DNA of 64,000 nucleotides from an uncultured Nitrospinaceae bacterium. Its GTDB lineage: Bacteria > UBA8248. Positions 11,176-22,082 of this stretch are shown here, in pieces (the stretch's first letter is position 1; each line of letters begins with the position of its first letter). Made by a program: the position numbers and the translations under genes. The DNA lies in NCBI GenBank assembly GCA_964005815.1, contig CAXFSR010000036.1, positions 32,001-96,000 on the forward strand. The letters run 5' to 3'. The notes under the pieces were generated by a model. That model worked only from the letters and a program-made list of their open reading frames with translations, was not told the origin of the DNA and ran no database searches.

Positions 11176-12252
11176 TCAAACATTATTTTCTTCAAAATCT
11201 GAAAGGCGTTCGGCTTCATAACTAGAAAGAATACTATCTACCATTTCATCTATTTGACCTTCAATAAAACTCATGACTCCGTGCTTCGTCTGTCCTATAC
11301 GATGATCTGTTACTCTATCTTGCGGAAAATTATAAGTCCTAATTCTCTCACTTCTATCACCTGAACCAACTTGGCTTTTCCTTTGCGATGATCTTTCCGC
11401 ATTCTGTTTTTGTGTCTCCAAATCAAGCAGATGTGCAGATAAAATTTTTAACGCTTTTGCCCGATTCTTATGCTGACTCTTTTCATCCTGACAGGTTACG
11501 ACTAAACCAGTTTCTATATGAGTTATCCGAACTGCAGAATCAGTTGTATTCACGCTCTGACCACCAGGTCCAGAAGACCTGTATACGTCTACCCTTATAT
11601 CCTTATCTTGTATATTTAATGTTACTTCATCAGCTTCAGGAAGAACAGCAACTGTAGCTGCAGAAGTGTGAATCCTTCCAGAAGTTTCGGTAACTGGTAC
11701 ACGCTGTACTCTATGAGTCCCACTTTCAAAACGTAGACGGCTATACACTCCATTGCCCTTTATTAAGATAACTCCTTCTTTTATACCACCAAGATTATTT
11801 TCACTTCTAGAAAGTTCTTCAATAGACCACTTCTTCAACTCTGCGTATCTTATATACATTCGATATAAATCTCCCGCAAAAAGAGCAGCTTCCAATCCCC
11901 CTGTACCAGCTCTTACTTCCAAAATTACATTTTTCTCATCATTTGGATCTTTTGGTAATAATAATTTCTTCAAAACTAATTCAATCTTTTCAATCTTAGA
12001 ATTCACTTCTAAAATTTCTTCATTGGCAAGCTCTTGAATTTCCAAGTCCCCCTCATTTAGTAAAGTTTCAGCTTCTTCTTTTTTATTTCTTAATTTTTCC
12101 CAATCATGAAAAGTTCTCACTATTTCAGATAATTCTTTGTGTTCTCTAGCGATCTTTTCAAAATTATTCCTATCTCGAGAAACATTTGGATCCACAAGCT
12201 GTTTTTCAAGATCATTAAATCTTTCGACAATCTTTTCAAATTTTTCAAACAT
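11176..12252 (-). CDS. prfA: Peptide chain release factor 1
   Basis: PVT tripeptide (QRVPVTE), GGQ (SGPGGQSVN), RSERIRTYNFPQ. Confidence 0.97.
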   Translation of the reverse strand: MFEKFEKIVERFNDLEKQLVDPNVSRDRNNFEKIAREHKELSEIVRTFHDWEKLRNKKEEAETLLNEGDLEIQELANEEILEVNSKIEKIELVLKKLLLPKDPNDEKNVILEVRAGTGGLEAALFAGDLYRMYIRYAELKKWSIEELSRSENNLGGIKEGVILIKGNGVYSRLRFESGTHRVQRVPVTETSGRIHTSAATVAVLPEADEVTLNIQDKDIRVDVYRSSGPGGQSVNTTDSAVRITHIETGLVVTCQDEKSQHKNRAKALKILSAHLLDLETQKQNAERSSQRKSQVGSGDRSERIRTYNFPQDRVTDHRIGQTKHGVMSFIEGQIDEMVDSILSSYEAERLSDFEENNV

Positions 12253-12370
12253 TTTTACTGAGCTCCAAAATAATCAGGAACCTGAAAGGAATTTAAATCA
12301 AAAAAATAATGGACAAACGAATTGTTGTGAAAAAATAATAGATTGCATGAATTAAATTTCAGACAGAAGG

Positions 12371-12751
12371 TTATTTTGTACTTGAAACGTCTTCTTCAGA
12401 TTTATTTTCTTGGACTGTATCTTGCTGACTACTCAAATTCTTTTTTTCTATCTGTTTCGCTTCTCTTTCTTTTTCTTTTTTTGCTTCTTCCATTCGCTTA
12501 CCAGCAGCAGTCTCTTGTCTTCTTTTTCTCTTTGAAACTCTTGTACTCTTTCCTTCAAATTTTTTAATAAACTTCTCAACTCTTCCCTCAGAGTCTACTA
12601 TTCTTGCCTGTTTCCCTGTAAAAAAAGGATGACATTCTGAACAGACCTCTACCCTTATTTCCGAAATAGTGGAAGATGTAACAAACTCAACACCGCATCC
12701 ACTACAAGAAACCTTAGTTTCAAAAACCTCAGGATGAATATCTGTCTTCAA
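12371..12751 (-). CDS. rpmE: 50S ribosomal protein L31 (Zn-binding type) with charged C-terminal extension
   Basis: MKTDIHP, CSGC...[22 protein letters not shown]; between rho and prfA. Confidence 0.93.
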   Translation of the reverse strand: MKTDIHPEVFETKVSCSGCGVEFVTSSTISEIRVEVCSECHPFFTGKQARIVDSEGRVEKFIKKFEGKSTRVSKRKRRQETAAGKRMEEAKKEKEREAKQIEKKNLSSQQDTVQENKSEEDVSSTK

Positions 12752-12785
12752 GTTTTACTACCTCAAAAAAAATTAAAGAAAATGC

Positions 12786-12815
12786 TTTATAACGAATATG
12801 CACACAATTTGTCTA
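12786..12815 (-). promoter_or_regulatory. Putative sigma70 promoter of rpmE-prfA operon
   Basis: Minus strand TAGACA-18 nt-TATAAA ending 35 nt upstream of the rpmE start. Confidence 0.5.
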
Positions 12816-12840
12816 GCAAATTATTAGTAAAAATCAAAAT

Positions 12841-14142
12841 TTAATTATTCATAGATGTAAGAAAATCTTCATTAGTTTTGGTCTCTTGCATCTTTTCAAG
12901 AAGCAACTCCATTGAATCAATAACACCAAGTGGTTGTAAAACTTTTCGTAAAACCCAGACGCGACTAAGTTCAGACTGATTCAACAACAACTCTTCTTTT
13001 CTAGTACCTGATTTATTAATATCAACTGCAGGAAACACTCTCTTATCGGAAAGTTTTCTGTCTAAATGAATCTCCATATTTCCAGTACCCTTAAATTCTT
13101 CAAAGATCACATCGTCCATTCTGCTTCCTGTTTCAACTAAAGCAGTTGCAAGAATTGTAAGACTTCCACCTTCCTCTAAATTTCTTGCAGCTCCAAAGAA
13201 ACGTTTTGGTCTTTGTAGCGCATTTGAATCGACACCACCTGAAAGCACCTTGCCACTTGGAGAAATAATTGTATTATGCGCTCTTGCAAGTCTTGTTATT
13301 GAGTCAAGTAGAATCACAACATCTTTCTTATGCTCGACAAGTCGTTTTGCTTTTTCAATAACCATATCAGCAACCTGCACATGACGCGAAGCTGGCTCAT
13401 CGAAAGTTGAACTAATAACTTCACCTCTGACAGATCTTTCCATATCAGTTACTTCCTCAGGCCTTTCATCAATCAGCAAAACCATCAGATGAACATCGGG
13501 ATAATTGTCTGCTATACTTTTTGCTATTGATTGCAACATCATAGTTTTACCAGTTCTAGGAGCAGCAACAATCAAACCACGTTGTCCAAAACCTATTGGA
13601 GTCATAAGATCCATAATCCGAGAGTTAATAGACCCTCCAGGCACTTCAAGAACTGCCCTTCTATCCGGATATAATGGGGTTAAATTGTCAAATAAAATCT
13701 TCTGGGTTGCGGATTCTGAGGATTCAAAATTCACCTTTTCTACTCTGAGAAGAGCAAAATATCGTTCTCCTTCTTTTGGCTGACGAATCTCTCCAGTTAT
13801 CGAGTCTCCTGTCCTAAGATCAAAACGACGTATTTGACTAGGAGAAACATAAATATCATCAGGTCCTGGGAGATAGTTATATGATGGAGACCGTAGGAAT
13901 CCAAATCCGTCAGGAAGAATTTCTAAGACTCCCTCACCTGTTATTTTTCCTCCATCCCTATTCTCTTCAGACTGGGCTTCTAGAATTTTAAATATTAAGT
14001 CCTGCTTTCTTAATCCACTTGAACCCTCAACTCCTAATTCTTTAAGAATTCCGTTCAGTTCTAAAATAGTCTTTTTCTTTAATTGTGCTAAATGGAGGAC
14101 TCTCTGTTTTTTTGAGGCTGGGTCTTTTGTTACTGGTTGCAT
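12841..14142 (-). CDS. rho: Transcription termination factor Rho
   Basis: [27 protein letters not shown], Walker [32 protein letters not shown]. Confidence 0.98.
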   Translation of the reverse strand: MQPVTKDPASKKQRVLHLAQLKKKTILELNGILKELGVEGSSGLRKQDLIFKILEAQSEENRDGGKITGEGVLEILPDGFGFLRSPSYNYLPGPDDIYVSPSQIRRFDLRTGDSITGEIRQPKEGERYFALLRVEKVNFESSESATQKILFDNLTPLYPDRRAVLEVPGGSINSRIMDLMTPIGFGQRGLIVAAPRTGKTMMLQSIAKSIADNYPDVHLMVLLIDERPEEVTDMERSVRGEVISSTFDEPASRHVQVADMVIEKAKRLVEHKKDVVILLDSITRLARAHNTIISPSGKVLSGGVDSNALQRPKRFFGAARNLEEGGSLTILATALVETGSRMDDVIFEEFKGTGNMEIHLDRKLSDKRVFPAVDINKSGTRKEELLLNQSELSRVWVLRKVLQPLGVIDSMELLLEKMQETKTNEDFLTSMNN

Positions 14143-14390
14143 TAACTATCATCTCCCTTTTAAAAAGTAATCAAACACAAAAGTACCGTCTTATTTAAAA
14201 AAAATTATCTAGTCTGAAATTTATACAGAACTATCTCCGAAAACAGAGAAAAGAACAATTTGATAAGATTCCGAAACCTTTCTAGAAAGGAAGGATTCTT
14301 AGGAAAAAATTTAAAACAAAAAAGATAAGAAGGAAAAGGACGTAGTGGACTATTAACTTTATACGTACCCAATACCAACAATATTTTGTG

Positions 14391-14419
14391 AAGCTATCAA
14401 AATTAAAATTTGTTGTCAA
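14391..14419 (-). promoter_or_regulatory. Putative sigma70 promoter of rho, implying a ~240 nt leader
   Basis: Minus strand TTGACA (14419-14414)-17 nt-TAGCTT (14396-14391). Confidence 0.6.
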
Positions 14420-14421
14420 GA

Positions 14422-15039
14422 TTATAATTTAACCATAGAAAATATTTTTTTTATAAGAATCAAAATCTGTGACTCTAGAGAATTCAAATCACCTGAATTG
14501 TCTATAACCCAATTTGCGTAATTTATTTTTTTTGACATAGCCATTTGAGAATCCAATCTTGCTTTAATACTATCTTCTGATAGTTCATTTCTCTTCCTAA
14601 TTCTTTCGTATTGATTTTTTTCACTGCATTTAACTACAACTATAAAATCAAAATTCTTATACCCACCAGACTCAATCATTAAGGCAGCTTCTACGACAGC
14701 AATCTTAGATTTTCCTTCACTACATATCTTTTGAAGCCATTTTTTTTGTTCCTCTTGTATTTTAGGGTGCATTATATTGTTTAATTTTTCCCTTTGTTCT
14801 GTATTAGAAAAAATAATTTCACCTAATTTTCCCCTATCAAGATTTCCAGATTTATCTAAAACACTATCACTAAATTCATTTACAATTTCGGATAAAGTTT
14901 CAGAACCACTACTCACTAAATCTCGAGAAATTTGATCAGCATCTAAAACAGGGATTCCTTTTATCCTAAGGATATCTGCAACAGTAGATTTCCCTGAGGC
15001 AATTCCACCAGTTAAACCAACTGAAATAAATTCTGTCAT
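14422..15039 (-). CDS. coaE: Dephospho-CoA kinase
   Basis: VGLTGGIASGKSTV, LDAD, LDRGKLG, IMHP, IDNSG. Confidence 0.95.
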   Translation of the reverse strand: MTEFISVGLTGGIASGKSTVADILRIKGIPVLDADQISRDLVSSGSETLSEIVNEFSDSVLDKSGNLDRGKLGEIIFSNTEQREKLNNIMHPKIQEEQKKWLQKICSEGKSKIAVVEAALMIESGGYKNFDFIVVVKCSEKNQYERIRKRNELSEDSIKARLDSQMAMSKKINYANWVIDNSGDLNSLESQILILIKKIFSMVKL

Positions 15040-15072
15040 TAATGAAATTTATTTTTTTTAGAAAAAGAGATT

Positions 15073-15348
15073 TTATAAACCACGACGATTGCTTTCCTGT
15101 TCATAGTGTTTCCAATACAATATTTCCCATTCACGACTTCCCTCAAGCAAACGACTAGAATAGGAACTTAAAGTTCTTCTTACTTCCTCATCTATCTCAT
15201 CATCCAACATAAGTTCATTTATAATAGAACGTTGAACATTAGAGCGGACTTCACCTTCTTCTACTATAAAATCTACATCCGAATTATCTTTAAGATCTTC
15301 TATTAAAATATTCGTAATATGATTGATTTTGTCTCTATTTAAACGCAT
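15073..15348 (-). CDS. DUF507-like small protein
   Basis: MRL.. N-terminus, acidic helical protein similar to its upstream neighbour; family recognised from memory. Confidence 0.7.
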   Translation of the reverse strand: MRLNRDKINHITNILIEDLKDNSDVDFIVEEGEVRSNVQRSIINELMLDDEIDEEVRRTLSSYSSRLLEGSREWEILYWKHYEQESNRRGL

Positions 15349-15364
15349 TCAAATACTCCATAAC

Positions 15365-15646
15365 TTACAAAATTAAATTTCGTTCTCTAGCAATTCTCAT
15401 TTTAACCATGGAGAACATCCGACTATAGTCAACGTTACCTTCATCCATTTCATCTTGAAAATCATACAAAATTTCCTTTACTTCTTCATTCAATCGATCT
15501 TCTACAAGTAGATCTTCTTCTATCACATTAGAAATTCTAGTCCTAACTACGTCAATTTTAAGATCCGGCGAAATGAGTTCTTTTTCCAAGAGACGCATAA
15601 CAATTTTTTCAGAAATTCTATCAATCATTTCTTTTCTTAAACGCAC
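15365..15646 (-). CDS. DUF507-like small protein
   Basis: MRLRKE.I, EDRLNEEVKEIL, DYSRMFSMVK.RIARERNLIL, as typical of DUF507. Confidence 0.75.
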   Translation of the reverse strand: MRLRKEMIDRISEKIVMRLLEKELISPDLKIDVVRTRISNVIEEDLLVEDRLNEEVKEILYDFQDEMDEGNVDYSRMFSMVKMRIARERNLIL

Positions 15647-15771
15647 GATGACCCTCTATAATAAACGAAAATTGTACTCAAATACGATTAAAGTGTAGCG
15701 CATCTTAATCAATACATTATACCCTAGCTTCAAATTCTATCAAAATCTTTTGAATTTAATTTATAATAGGT

Positions 15772-16644
15772 TTAGTGACATCTATCAAAAAGTTCTGAAA
15801 TCAAGCCTACTCTTTGCAGGTGAGTGCCTATTCTAATTCCTTTCAGTCTATCACCATGGCAATCTGAACCTCCCATTTTCAATAAAGAATATCGCTCTGC
15901 TAACCGTGAGTAATGGATACAATCAGCCTTACTTTGAGAGGGATGATCTGTTTCTATTCCTGACAAACCGGCTTCTACAAATTTCGGAATACAATCATCA
16001 GATTCTGATAAATTAGGATGAGCCAAGGTAACCGCTCCTCCAGACTGAACAATCATTTCTATAGCTTTTTCAGACGAAATACAATCTAACTGAACATAAG
16101 CAGGACATCCTTCTCCTATATATTTACTAAAAATTTCCTCTAAGCTCTGAACTAACCCTTTTTTCAAGAGATAATAGGAAAGCTGTCCACGAGTGATACT
16201 TGCAACCTTCTCATAGGTCCTATTAAAATCATCCTTATCCACACGAACATCTAGTTCAATTAATCTATCTATCATCTCAGACATCCTAACTTTTCTAGAA
16301 ACCACGTATCTTTCAACTAAGGTTCTGATTTGTTCGGAATCCGGATCAATAAAATGTCCTAAAAAATGAAAAATCTTTCCATTATAATAAGTTGAAACCT
16401 CAATCCCATGAATAAGAAGAATATTAGACCTAACAGCTTCGTCTTTAGCATCTCTGATCCCTGCTACAGTATCATGGTCTGTAATAGACAATGCTACAAT
16501 ATTATTTTCTTTAGCAAACTTAATGACCTCTTTAGGTTGAAGCAGACCATCCGATGCATTTGAATGAATATGAAAATCTACTCCTAAAAAATCATCAGAA
16601 TATCGGTTCAGAGATTCGAGATCACTACCAGAAAAACTTTTCAA
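15772..16644 (-). CDS. PHP-domain metal-dependent phosphoesterase (TrpH/YciV-like)
   Basis: DFHIHSNASDG, ITDHDT, GIEVS, LAHP, GGSDCHG. Confidence 0.9.
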   Translation of the reverse strand: MKSFSGSDLESLNRYSDDFLGVDFHIHSNASDGLLQPKEVIKFAKENNIVALSITDHDTVAGIRDAKDEAVRSNILLIHGIEVSTYYNGKIFHFLGHFIDPDSEQIRTLVERYVVSRKVRMSEMIDRLIELDVRVDKDDFNRTYEKVASITRGQLSYYLLKKGLVQSLEEIFSKYIGEGCPAYVQLDCISSEKAIEMIVQSGGAVTLAHPNLSESDDCIPKFVEAGLSGIETDHPSQSKADCIHYSRLAERYSLLKMGGSDCHGDRLKGIRIGTHLQRVGLISELFDRCH

Positions 16645-16737
16645 AAAAACTCCAAAAAAATAAATAAAATTTTCAAATTAGGCAGTATAAAAATTATACT
16701 TAAATTAAGGTAATAGCAGTAATTATGTCACCTGAAA

Positions 16738-17559
16738 TTATGATACTTTTGTCCAAAAAAGATCATTATATTTTTCATAAACTAACCTTTCTGCACTTTC
16801 TATATCTTCATCAAGCATACAACACCTATCAAAATCAATTTTAAAAATTTCTTGAAATGCTTTTTTTAATTCTTCTGCAACAGATTCAAATTCAAGCTGA
16901 ACACCTAATATTTCAAAAATACCAAGACTTTTTTCTTCTGGATAAATCGGACTTTGTTTAAATTGAAATAGATTTGACAATTTTTTTTCTGATGACTTAA
17001 AAAGGATATTTCCATGTTGAATTATCACATCTCCTTCTCTGTATTGCGCACTTCCAGAGATTTTATAACCTTGACATAAAATTTCTCTAACCGAATAAGT
17101 GGCAAAACACGATGGATTCGAAGCGTACACTCTCTTTTCGGGCAAAACAAAATCTGACTCAACACCAAGTTTATCTAACGCAATCTTCAAAGCAAAACTT
17201 ATTTTCTCATAAGTATCTGAAATTTTTTTTCCTAAAAGATTAGAAGTACCAATAATCGAATATGTCAATTCACAATCATGAAGAACTGCTCTTCCACCAG
17301 TCATCCTTCTACAAACATCAACTCCTTCAGACAATGATTTTTCTAAATCAAAATCTGTTCTAACATTTTGAAATCTACCAACTGAAATAGTTGGTTTACT
17401 CCATCCATATACTCTTAAAAAAATAGGTACAGGAGTGTGTTTTTCTTTTCTGAGTAAAAAACGCTCTTTGCACTTCTGAAACAATGCTTCATCTATAGCC
17501 ATATTCCAAGCACCAATTTGGAATCCAGTATTTAAAAAATGAGCTGACAAACAAACCAA
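16738..17559 (-). CDS. Lipoate-protein ligase / LipM-type octanoyltransferase family
   Basis: NMAIDEAL, LRVYGW.KPTISVG.FQ, RRMTGGRAVLH, KISGSAQ, QHG; directly after gcvP. Confidence 0.88.
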   Translation of the reverse strand: MVCLSAHFLNTGFQIGAWNMAIDEALFQKCKERFLLRKEKHTPVPIFLRVYGWSKPTISVGRFQNVRTDFDLEKSLSEGVDVCRRMTGGRAVLHDCELTYSIIGTSNLLGKKISDTYEKISFALKIALDKLGVESDFVLPEKRVYASNPSCFATYSVREILCQGYKISGSAQYREGDVIIQHGNILFKSSEKKLSNLFQFKQSPIYPEEKSLGIFEILGVQLEFESVAEELKKAFQEIFKIDFDRCCMLDEDIESAERLVYEKYNDLFWTKVS

Positions 17560-17569
17560 TTACCTATCC

Positions 17570-20467
17570 TCAACTTTCATCAAAGTTCTCAATTGGCAAA
17601 CATGAGCAAATGAGATTTCTATCTCCATATGGATTATTAACTCGTTTAACCGGAGGCCAATATTTATTCTCTTTCACCCACGGCAAGGGAAAAACTGCCT
17701 TCTCTCTTGTGTAAGGATAAATCCAATTTTCCGTAGAAATATCTCTGGAAGTATGAGGAGCATTTTTTAGTATATTCTCGAGTTTGTCGACTAAACCATT
17801 TTCAACTTCAGAAATTTCTTTTCGAATCTCTATCATCGCTTCACAAAATCTATCTAGTTCTTCTTTTGATTCACTCTCGGTAGGTTCTATCATTAAAGTA
17901 CCCGGAACAGGAAAAGACATTGTAGGAGCATGAAATCCAAAATCGATTAAACGTTTAGCAACATCCTCAACAGTCACTCCTGTATTTGTTTCAATTTCTC
18001 TTAAATCTATAATACATTCGTGAGCAACCATGCCTTTTAATCCCTTATAAAGGACGTCATAGTGACCTTCAAGTTTTTTCGAAATATAGTTAGCATTTAG
18101 AATGGCTATTTCAGAAGCTTTTTTAAGACCTAGACCACCCATCATTTGGATATAGGCCCAAGAAATCGGCAAAATCCCTGCACTACCCCAAGGAGCAGAA
18201 GACACGGTATATCCTCTATCTTTTAAAGAATGTCCATCTTGAGCAAAATGGCTTGGCAAAAAAGATGCAAGGTGTTCTGCAACTCCAATTGGACCCATTC
18301 CTGGACCCCCTCCACCATGAGGTATGCAGAAAGTTTTATGCAAATTCATATGCGAAACATCTGGTCCAAAATCACCAGGACGACATAAACCGACAAGTGC
18401 ATTGAGATTTGCACCATCCATATATACCTGTCCACCATTTGAATGAACAACATCACATATATCTGAAATTTTTTCTTCGAAAACTCCATGAGTTGAAGGG
18501 TACGTAACCATCAAAGCCGCTAAATTAGACGAATGTAACTGCGCTTTTGTTTTCAGATCGTTAAAATCTACATTACCATCATCATCACATTTCACTACTA
18601 CAACTTCAAAACCCGCCATAACGGCACTTGCTGGATTTGTTCCGTGAGCAGAACTAGGTATTAGACATATGTTTCTATTAATTTCTCCACGTTGTTCATG
18701 ATATTTTCTAATAACAAGTAAACCAGCATACTCTCCCTGAGCACCAGAGTTCGGCTGAAAAGAAATCTTTGAAAATCCAGTTATTTCACATAATTTTCTT
18801 TCAAAATCTTTCAGAAAAATGGCATATCCCTCACACTGATCTGGTGGCACAAAAGGATGTATTCTGTTAAATCCCTCCCAAGTTATAGGAATCATTTCTG
18901 AAGTAGCATTTAATTTCATTGTACATGAACCAAGAGGAATCATGGATTTTGTAAGTGAAATATCTTTTTCCTGAAGCCGGAAAATATAACGAAGCATCTC
19001 AGTTTCTGAGTGATAGGAATTAAAAACCGGGTGAGTTAAATAAGGAGAATCTCTTAATAGTTCTTTTGGGATAAAATCATCCTCTATGTTATCGCATTCA
19101 AGTATTTCAAAATCAATCTTTCCTTTTTCACAGAAAACCCCTAATAGATCTTCCAACTCCTTGAGCTTCGTAGTTTCATCTAATGATATTCCTATCCTAT
19201 CATCTGCAATAAAACGCAAGTTGAATCCTTGCTTTTCTGCTAGCTCGATGAGTAAGTTTGCTTTTTTTTCTCCAGTATTTATCTCGAGCGTATCAAAAAA
19301 ACTATTATTTACTACCTGAAAATCCAACTTTTTAAGGCTATTGGAGAGGATAGCAGTAAATCGATGGATTCTTTCGGCAATTCTTCGGAGTCCTACAGGG
19401 CCATGATAAACAGCATACATACTTGCCACAACAGCCAGAAGAACTTGAGCAGTACAAATATTACTTGTAGCCTTTTCTCTTCTAATATGTTGCTCTCTAG
19501 TTTGCAGAGAAAGTCTCAGTGCACTATCTTCATTCGCGTCAATTGAAACTCCAACAATTCGCCCTGGAACAGATCTCTTATAGTGTTCACGAGTTGCAAA
19601 AAAAGCCGCATGAGGACCACCAAAACCCATTGGAACTCCAAATCGTTGAGAATTTCCAACTACAACATCAGCTCCAAACTCTCCAGGTGGTTTCAATAAA
19701 ACCAAACTCATTAGATCAGAAGCGACTGCAACTAGACAATCCTTATCATGTGCTTCTTTTACAAGTTCGGAAAAATCGAAAATACTACCAGTGGTATTAG
19801 GATATTGAATAAAAATACCGAAAGAATTGAATTGACTGAAAGAATCAATACTTCCAACTTTAATTTCTATTCCTTGTGGCTCTGCTCTCGTTCTCAAAAT
19901 ATCAATTGTCTGAGGATGACATCCATCAGAAACAAAAAATATTGGGCTTTCATTTTTAGATAAATTTCTAATCATGGTCATAGCCTCTGCTGCAGCGGTG
20001 CCTTCATCTAACAATGATGAATTTGCAATATCCATTCCTGTCAAATCAGAAATCAGAGTTTGGAAATTTAAAAGCGCTTCCAACCGACCCTGAGATATTT
20101 CAGGTTGATATGGCGTGTAAGCAGTATACCAGGCAGGATTTTCTAAAATATTTCTTAAAATTACAGATGGTGTGACACAGTCATGATAACCCATACCAAT
20201 CATCGAACGATTGACTATATTTTTTTTTGCAAACAAGCTTAAGTCACTAAGTACCTCTCCTTCAGGGCAACTTTCACCTATTTCAATAGGCATTTTAACA
20301 GATATATTATTGGGAACAGTATTTTCTATTAACTCTTCAAGATCAGAGTAACCAAGGAATTCGAGCATATTCAGAATATCATTGCTGCTAGGACCTATAT
20401 GCCTTCTTATAAACTCATCTCTTTGTTCTAGAAATTTTAAATCTTTAAATGAATTAGATAAATCCAA
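17570..20467 (-). CDS. gcvP: Glycine dehydrogenase (decarboxylating), single-chain P protein
   Basis: [32 protein letters not shown] lysine in [25 protein letters not shown]. Confidence 0.98.
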   Translation of the reverse strand: MDLSNSFKDLKFLEQRDEFIRRHIGPSSNDILNMLEFLGYSDLEELIENTVPNNISVKMPIEIGESCPEGEVLSDLSLFAKKNIVNRSMIGMGYHDCVTPSVILRNILENPAWYTAYTPYQPEISQGRLEALLNFQTLISDLTGMDIANSSLLDEGTAAAEAMTMIRNLSKNESPIFFVSDGCHPQTIDILRTRAEPQGIEIKVGSIDSFSQFNSFGIFIQYPNTTGSIFDFSELVKEAHDKDCLVAVASDLMSLVLLKPPGEFGADVVVGNSQRFGVPMGFGGPHAAFFATREHYKRSVPGRIVGVSIDANEDSALRLSLQTREQHIRREKATSNICTAQVLLAVVASMYAVYHGPVGLRRIAERIHRFTAILSNSLKKLDFQVVNNSFFDTLEINTGEKKANLLIELAEKQGFNLRFIADDRIGISLDETTKLKELEDLLGVFCEKGKIDFEILECDNIEDDFIPKELLRDSPYLTHPVFNSYHSETEMLRYIFRLQEKDISLTKSMIPLGSCTMKLNATSEMIPITWEGFNRIHPFVPPDQCEGYAIFLKDFERKLCEITGFSKISFQPNSGAQGEYAGLLVIRKYHEQRGEINRNICLIPSSAHGTNPASAVMAGFEVVVVKCDDDGNVDFNDLKTKAQLHSSNLAALMVTYPSTHGVFEEKISDICDVVHSNGGQVYMDGANLNALVGLCRPGDFGPDVSHMNLHKTFCIPHGGGGPGMGPIGVAEHLASFLPSHFAQDGHSLKDRGYTVSSAPWGSAGILPISWAYIQMMGGLGLKKASEIAILNANYISKKLEGHYDVLYKGLKGMVAHECIIDLREIETNTGVTVEDVAKRLIDFGFHAPTMSFPVPGTLMIEPTESESKEELDRFCEAMIEIRKEISEVENGLVDKLENILKNAPHTSRDISTENWIYPYTREKAVFPLPWVKENKYWPPVKRVNNPYGDRNLICSCLPIENFDES

Positions 20468-20499
20468 ATGTTTTACCTCTTTTAAAGCTACACCAAATT

Positions 20500-20889
20500 C
20501 TATTTTCCCTCTGCACCAACATAAGAAGCATATTCCTCTCCAGTTAGCAAAGCATCTAATTCAGTAGAATCTGACATCTCTACCTTGATTATCCAAGCTT
20601 CGTTATAGGGATCAGAATTAATCAATTCTGGTTCTTCTTCCAATCTTGAATTAACTTCAATAACTTTACCGGAAACTGGAGCATAGAGATCTGAAACTGC
20701 TTTTACTGATTCAACAACACCAAACGTACCACTCGCATCTACGGAAGATCCAATTTCTGGAGCTTCCACGTAAACTACATCGCCAAGTTCATCTTGCGCA
20801 TGAGCTGTTATGCCTATAATTGCAATATCTCCATCCACTTTCACCCATTCATGCTCTTTCGAATACTTTAAATCTTCAGGAAATTCCAT
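20500..20889 (-). CDS. gcvH: Glycine cleavage system H protein
   Basis: [15 protein letters not shown], lipoyl lysine [15 protein letters not shown]. Confidence 0.97.
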   Translation of the reverse strand: MEFPEDLKYSKEHEWVKVDGDIAIIGITAHAQDELGDVVYVEAPEIGSSVDASGTFGVVESVKAVSDLYAPVSGKVIEVNSRLEEEPELINSDPYNEAWIIKVEMSDSTELDALLTGEEYASYVGAEGK

Positions 20890-20916
20890 AAAGTTTTGCT
20901 CCTTACAAAAAAAAAA

Positions 20917-22026
20917 TTAACCTTTATTATAGAAGGGAGTTCTTACTACATTTCCTCTCCTATAACTTCCACGTATATCAATTTCTAATTCATCACCTAC
21001 CAAAGAATTGCCTTTTAAAACATACCCTATTCCTATAGCTTTATTCAATGAAGGACTCATAGTTCCACTCGTTACAAATCCAATTTCTTCTCCATTATGA
21101 AAAATTTTATTTCCTTTCCTCGGAATCCCTCTATCAATCATCTCAAAACCTACCAATTTTCTGCAAACTCCTTCAGAATGAATTTTTAATAACTTTTCAT
21201 ACCCAACAAAATCAGGATTGTTTAATTTCACAACCCAGCCCAAACCTGCTTCGTAAGGATTTGTAGATTCATCAATTTCGTTCCCATATAACGAATACTT
21301 CATCTCTGTTCGCAAAGTATCTCTCGCCCCTAATCCGCACGGAGCAATTCCAAATTGCTTGCCATTTTCCAAGAGAAGATCCCAAACTAGATGTACTGCA
21401 TTTTCCCCACAATATATTTCGTAACCATCTTCTCCAGTATATCCTGTCCTAGAAATCAAAACAGATTTTTTATCTATTTCACATTCCATCAATTCGAAAG
21501 ATTTTAAATTCTGAAGGCTCACATTATTGGGAAAAAGTTTTTCTAAAACATTTTTTGATCTTGGCCCTTGTAAAGCAATTAAGCACGTTTCTCCGCTAAA
21601 ATTTCTAATTTCACAATCAAATTGATTTTTTGATGTGACCCATTCAAAATCCTTCTCAATATTAGAAGCATTCACAACAAGCATATATTTGGAATCAGAA
21701 ATTTTATATGCCAAAGCATCATCTAAAATTCCACCATCATCTTTACAGATGAGTGTATACAAAACTCTCCCTGTGGGCAGTTGTTCTATGTCATTTGTTA
21801 CTAAAAAGTCTAACATCTTAGTGGCTTCGGGACCTTCAAAAAAAAATTCCCCCATATGACTAACATCAAAAATCCCAACATTTTTCCTAACCGAGAGATG
21901 TTCAGAATTGATCCCTTGATATTGAACTGGCATTTTAAAACCCGAAAAGGGAACGAGTCTCGCACCAAGTTCAACATGTTTATCATATAAATGTGTTTTT
22001 TTTGGAGAAATTCGTTTTTCAGTCAA
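20917..22026 (-). CDS. gcvT: Glycine cleavage system aminomethyltransferase T
   Basis: MPVQY, FDVSHMG, RTGYTGEDGYE, GLGARDTLRTE, GFVTSGTMSP. Confidence 0.97.
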   Translation of the reverse strand: MTEKRISPKKTHLYDKHVELGARLVPFSGFKMPVQYQGINSEHLSVRKNVGIFDVSHMGEFFFEGPEATKMLDFLVTNDIEQLPTGRVLYTLICKDDGGILDDALAYKISDSKYMLVVNASNIEKDFEWVTSKNQFDCEIRNFSGETCLIALQGPRSKNVLEKLFPNNVSLQNLKSFELMECEIDKKSVLISRTGYTGEDGYEIYCGENAVHLVWDLLLENGKQFGIAPCGLGARDTLRTEMKYSLYGNEIDESTNPYEAGLGWVVKLNNPDFVGYEKLLKIHSEGVCRKLVGFEMIDRGIPRKGNKIFHNGEEIGFVTSGTMSPSLNKAIGIGYVLKGNSLVGDELEIDIRGSYRRGNVVRTPFYNKG

Positions 22027-22082
22027 GGAAATAACTCTTAAGAGTAATTATATAAAAAAGCACAATATCTTATAGACACAAT

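Noticed and set aside
12343..12567. 74-aa hydrophobic plus-strand ORF
   Set aside because: Antisense shadow of the Lys/Glu-rich rpmE tail.
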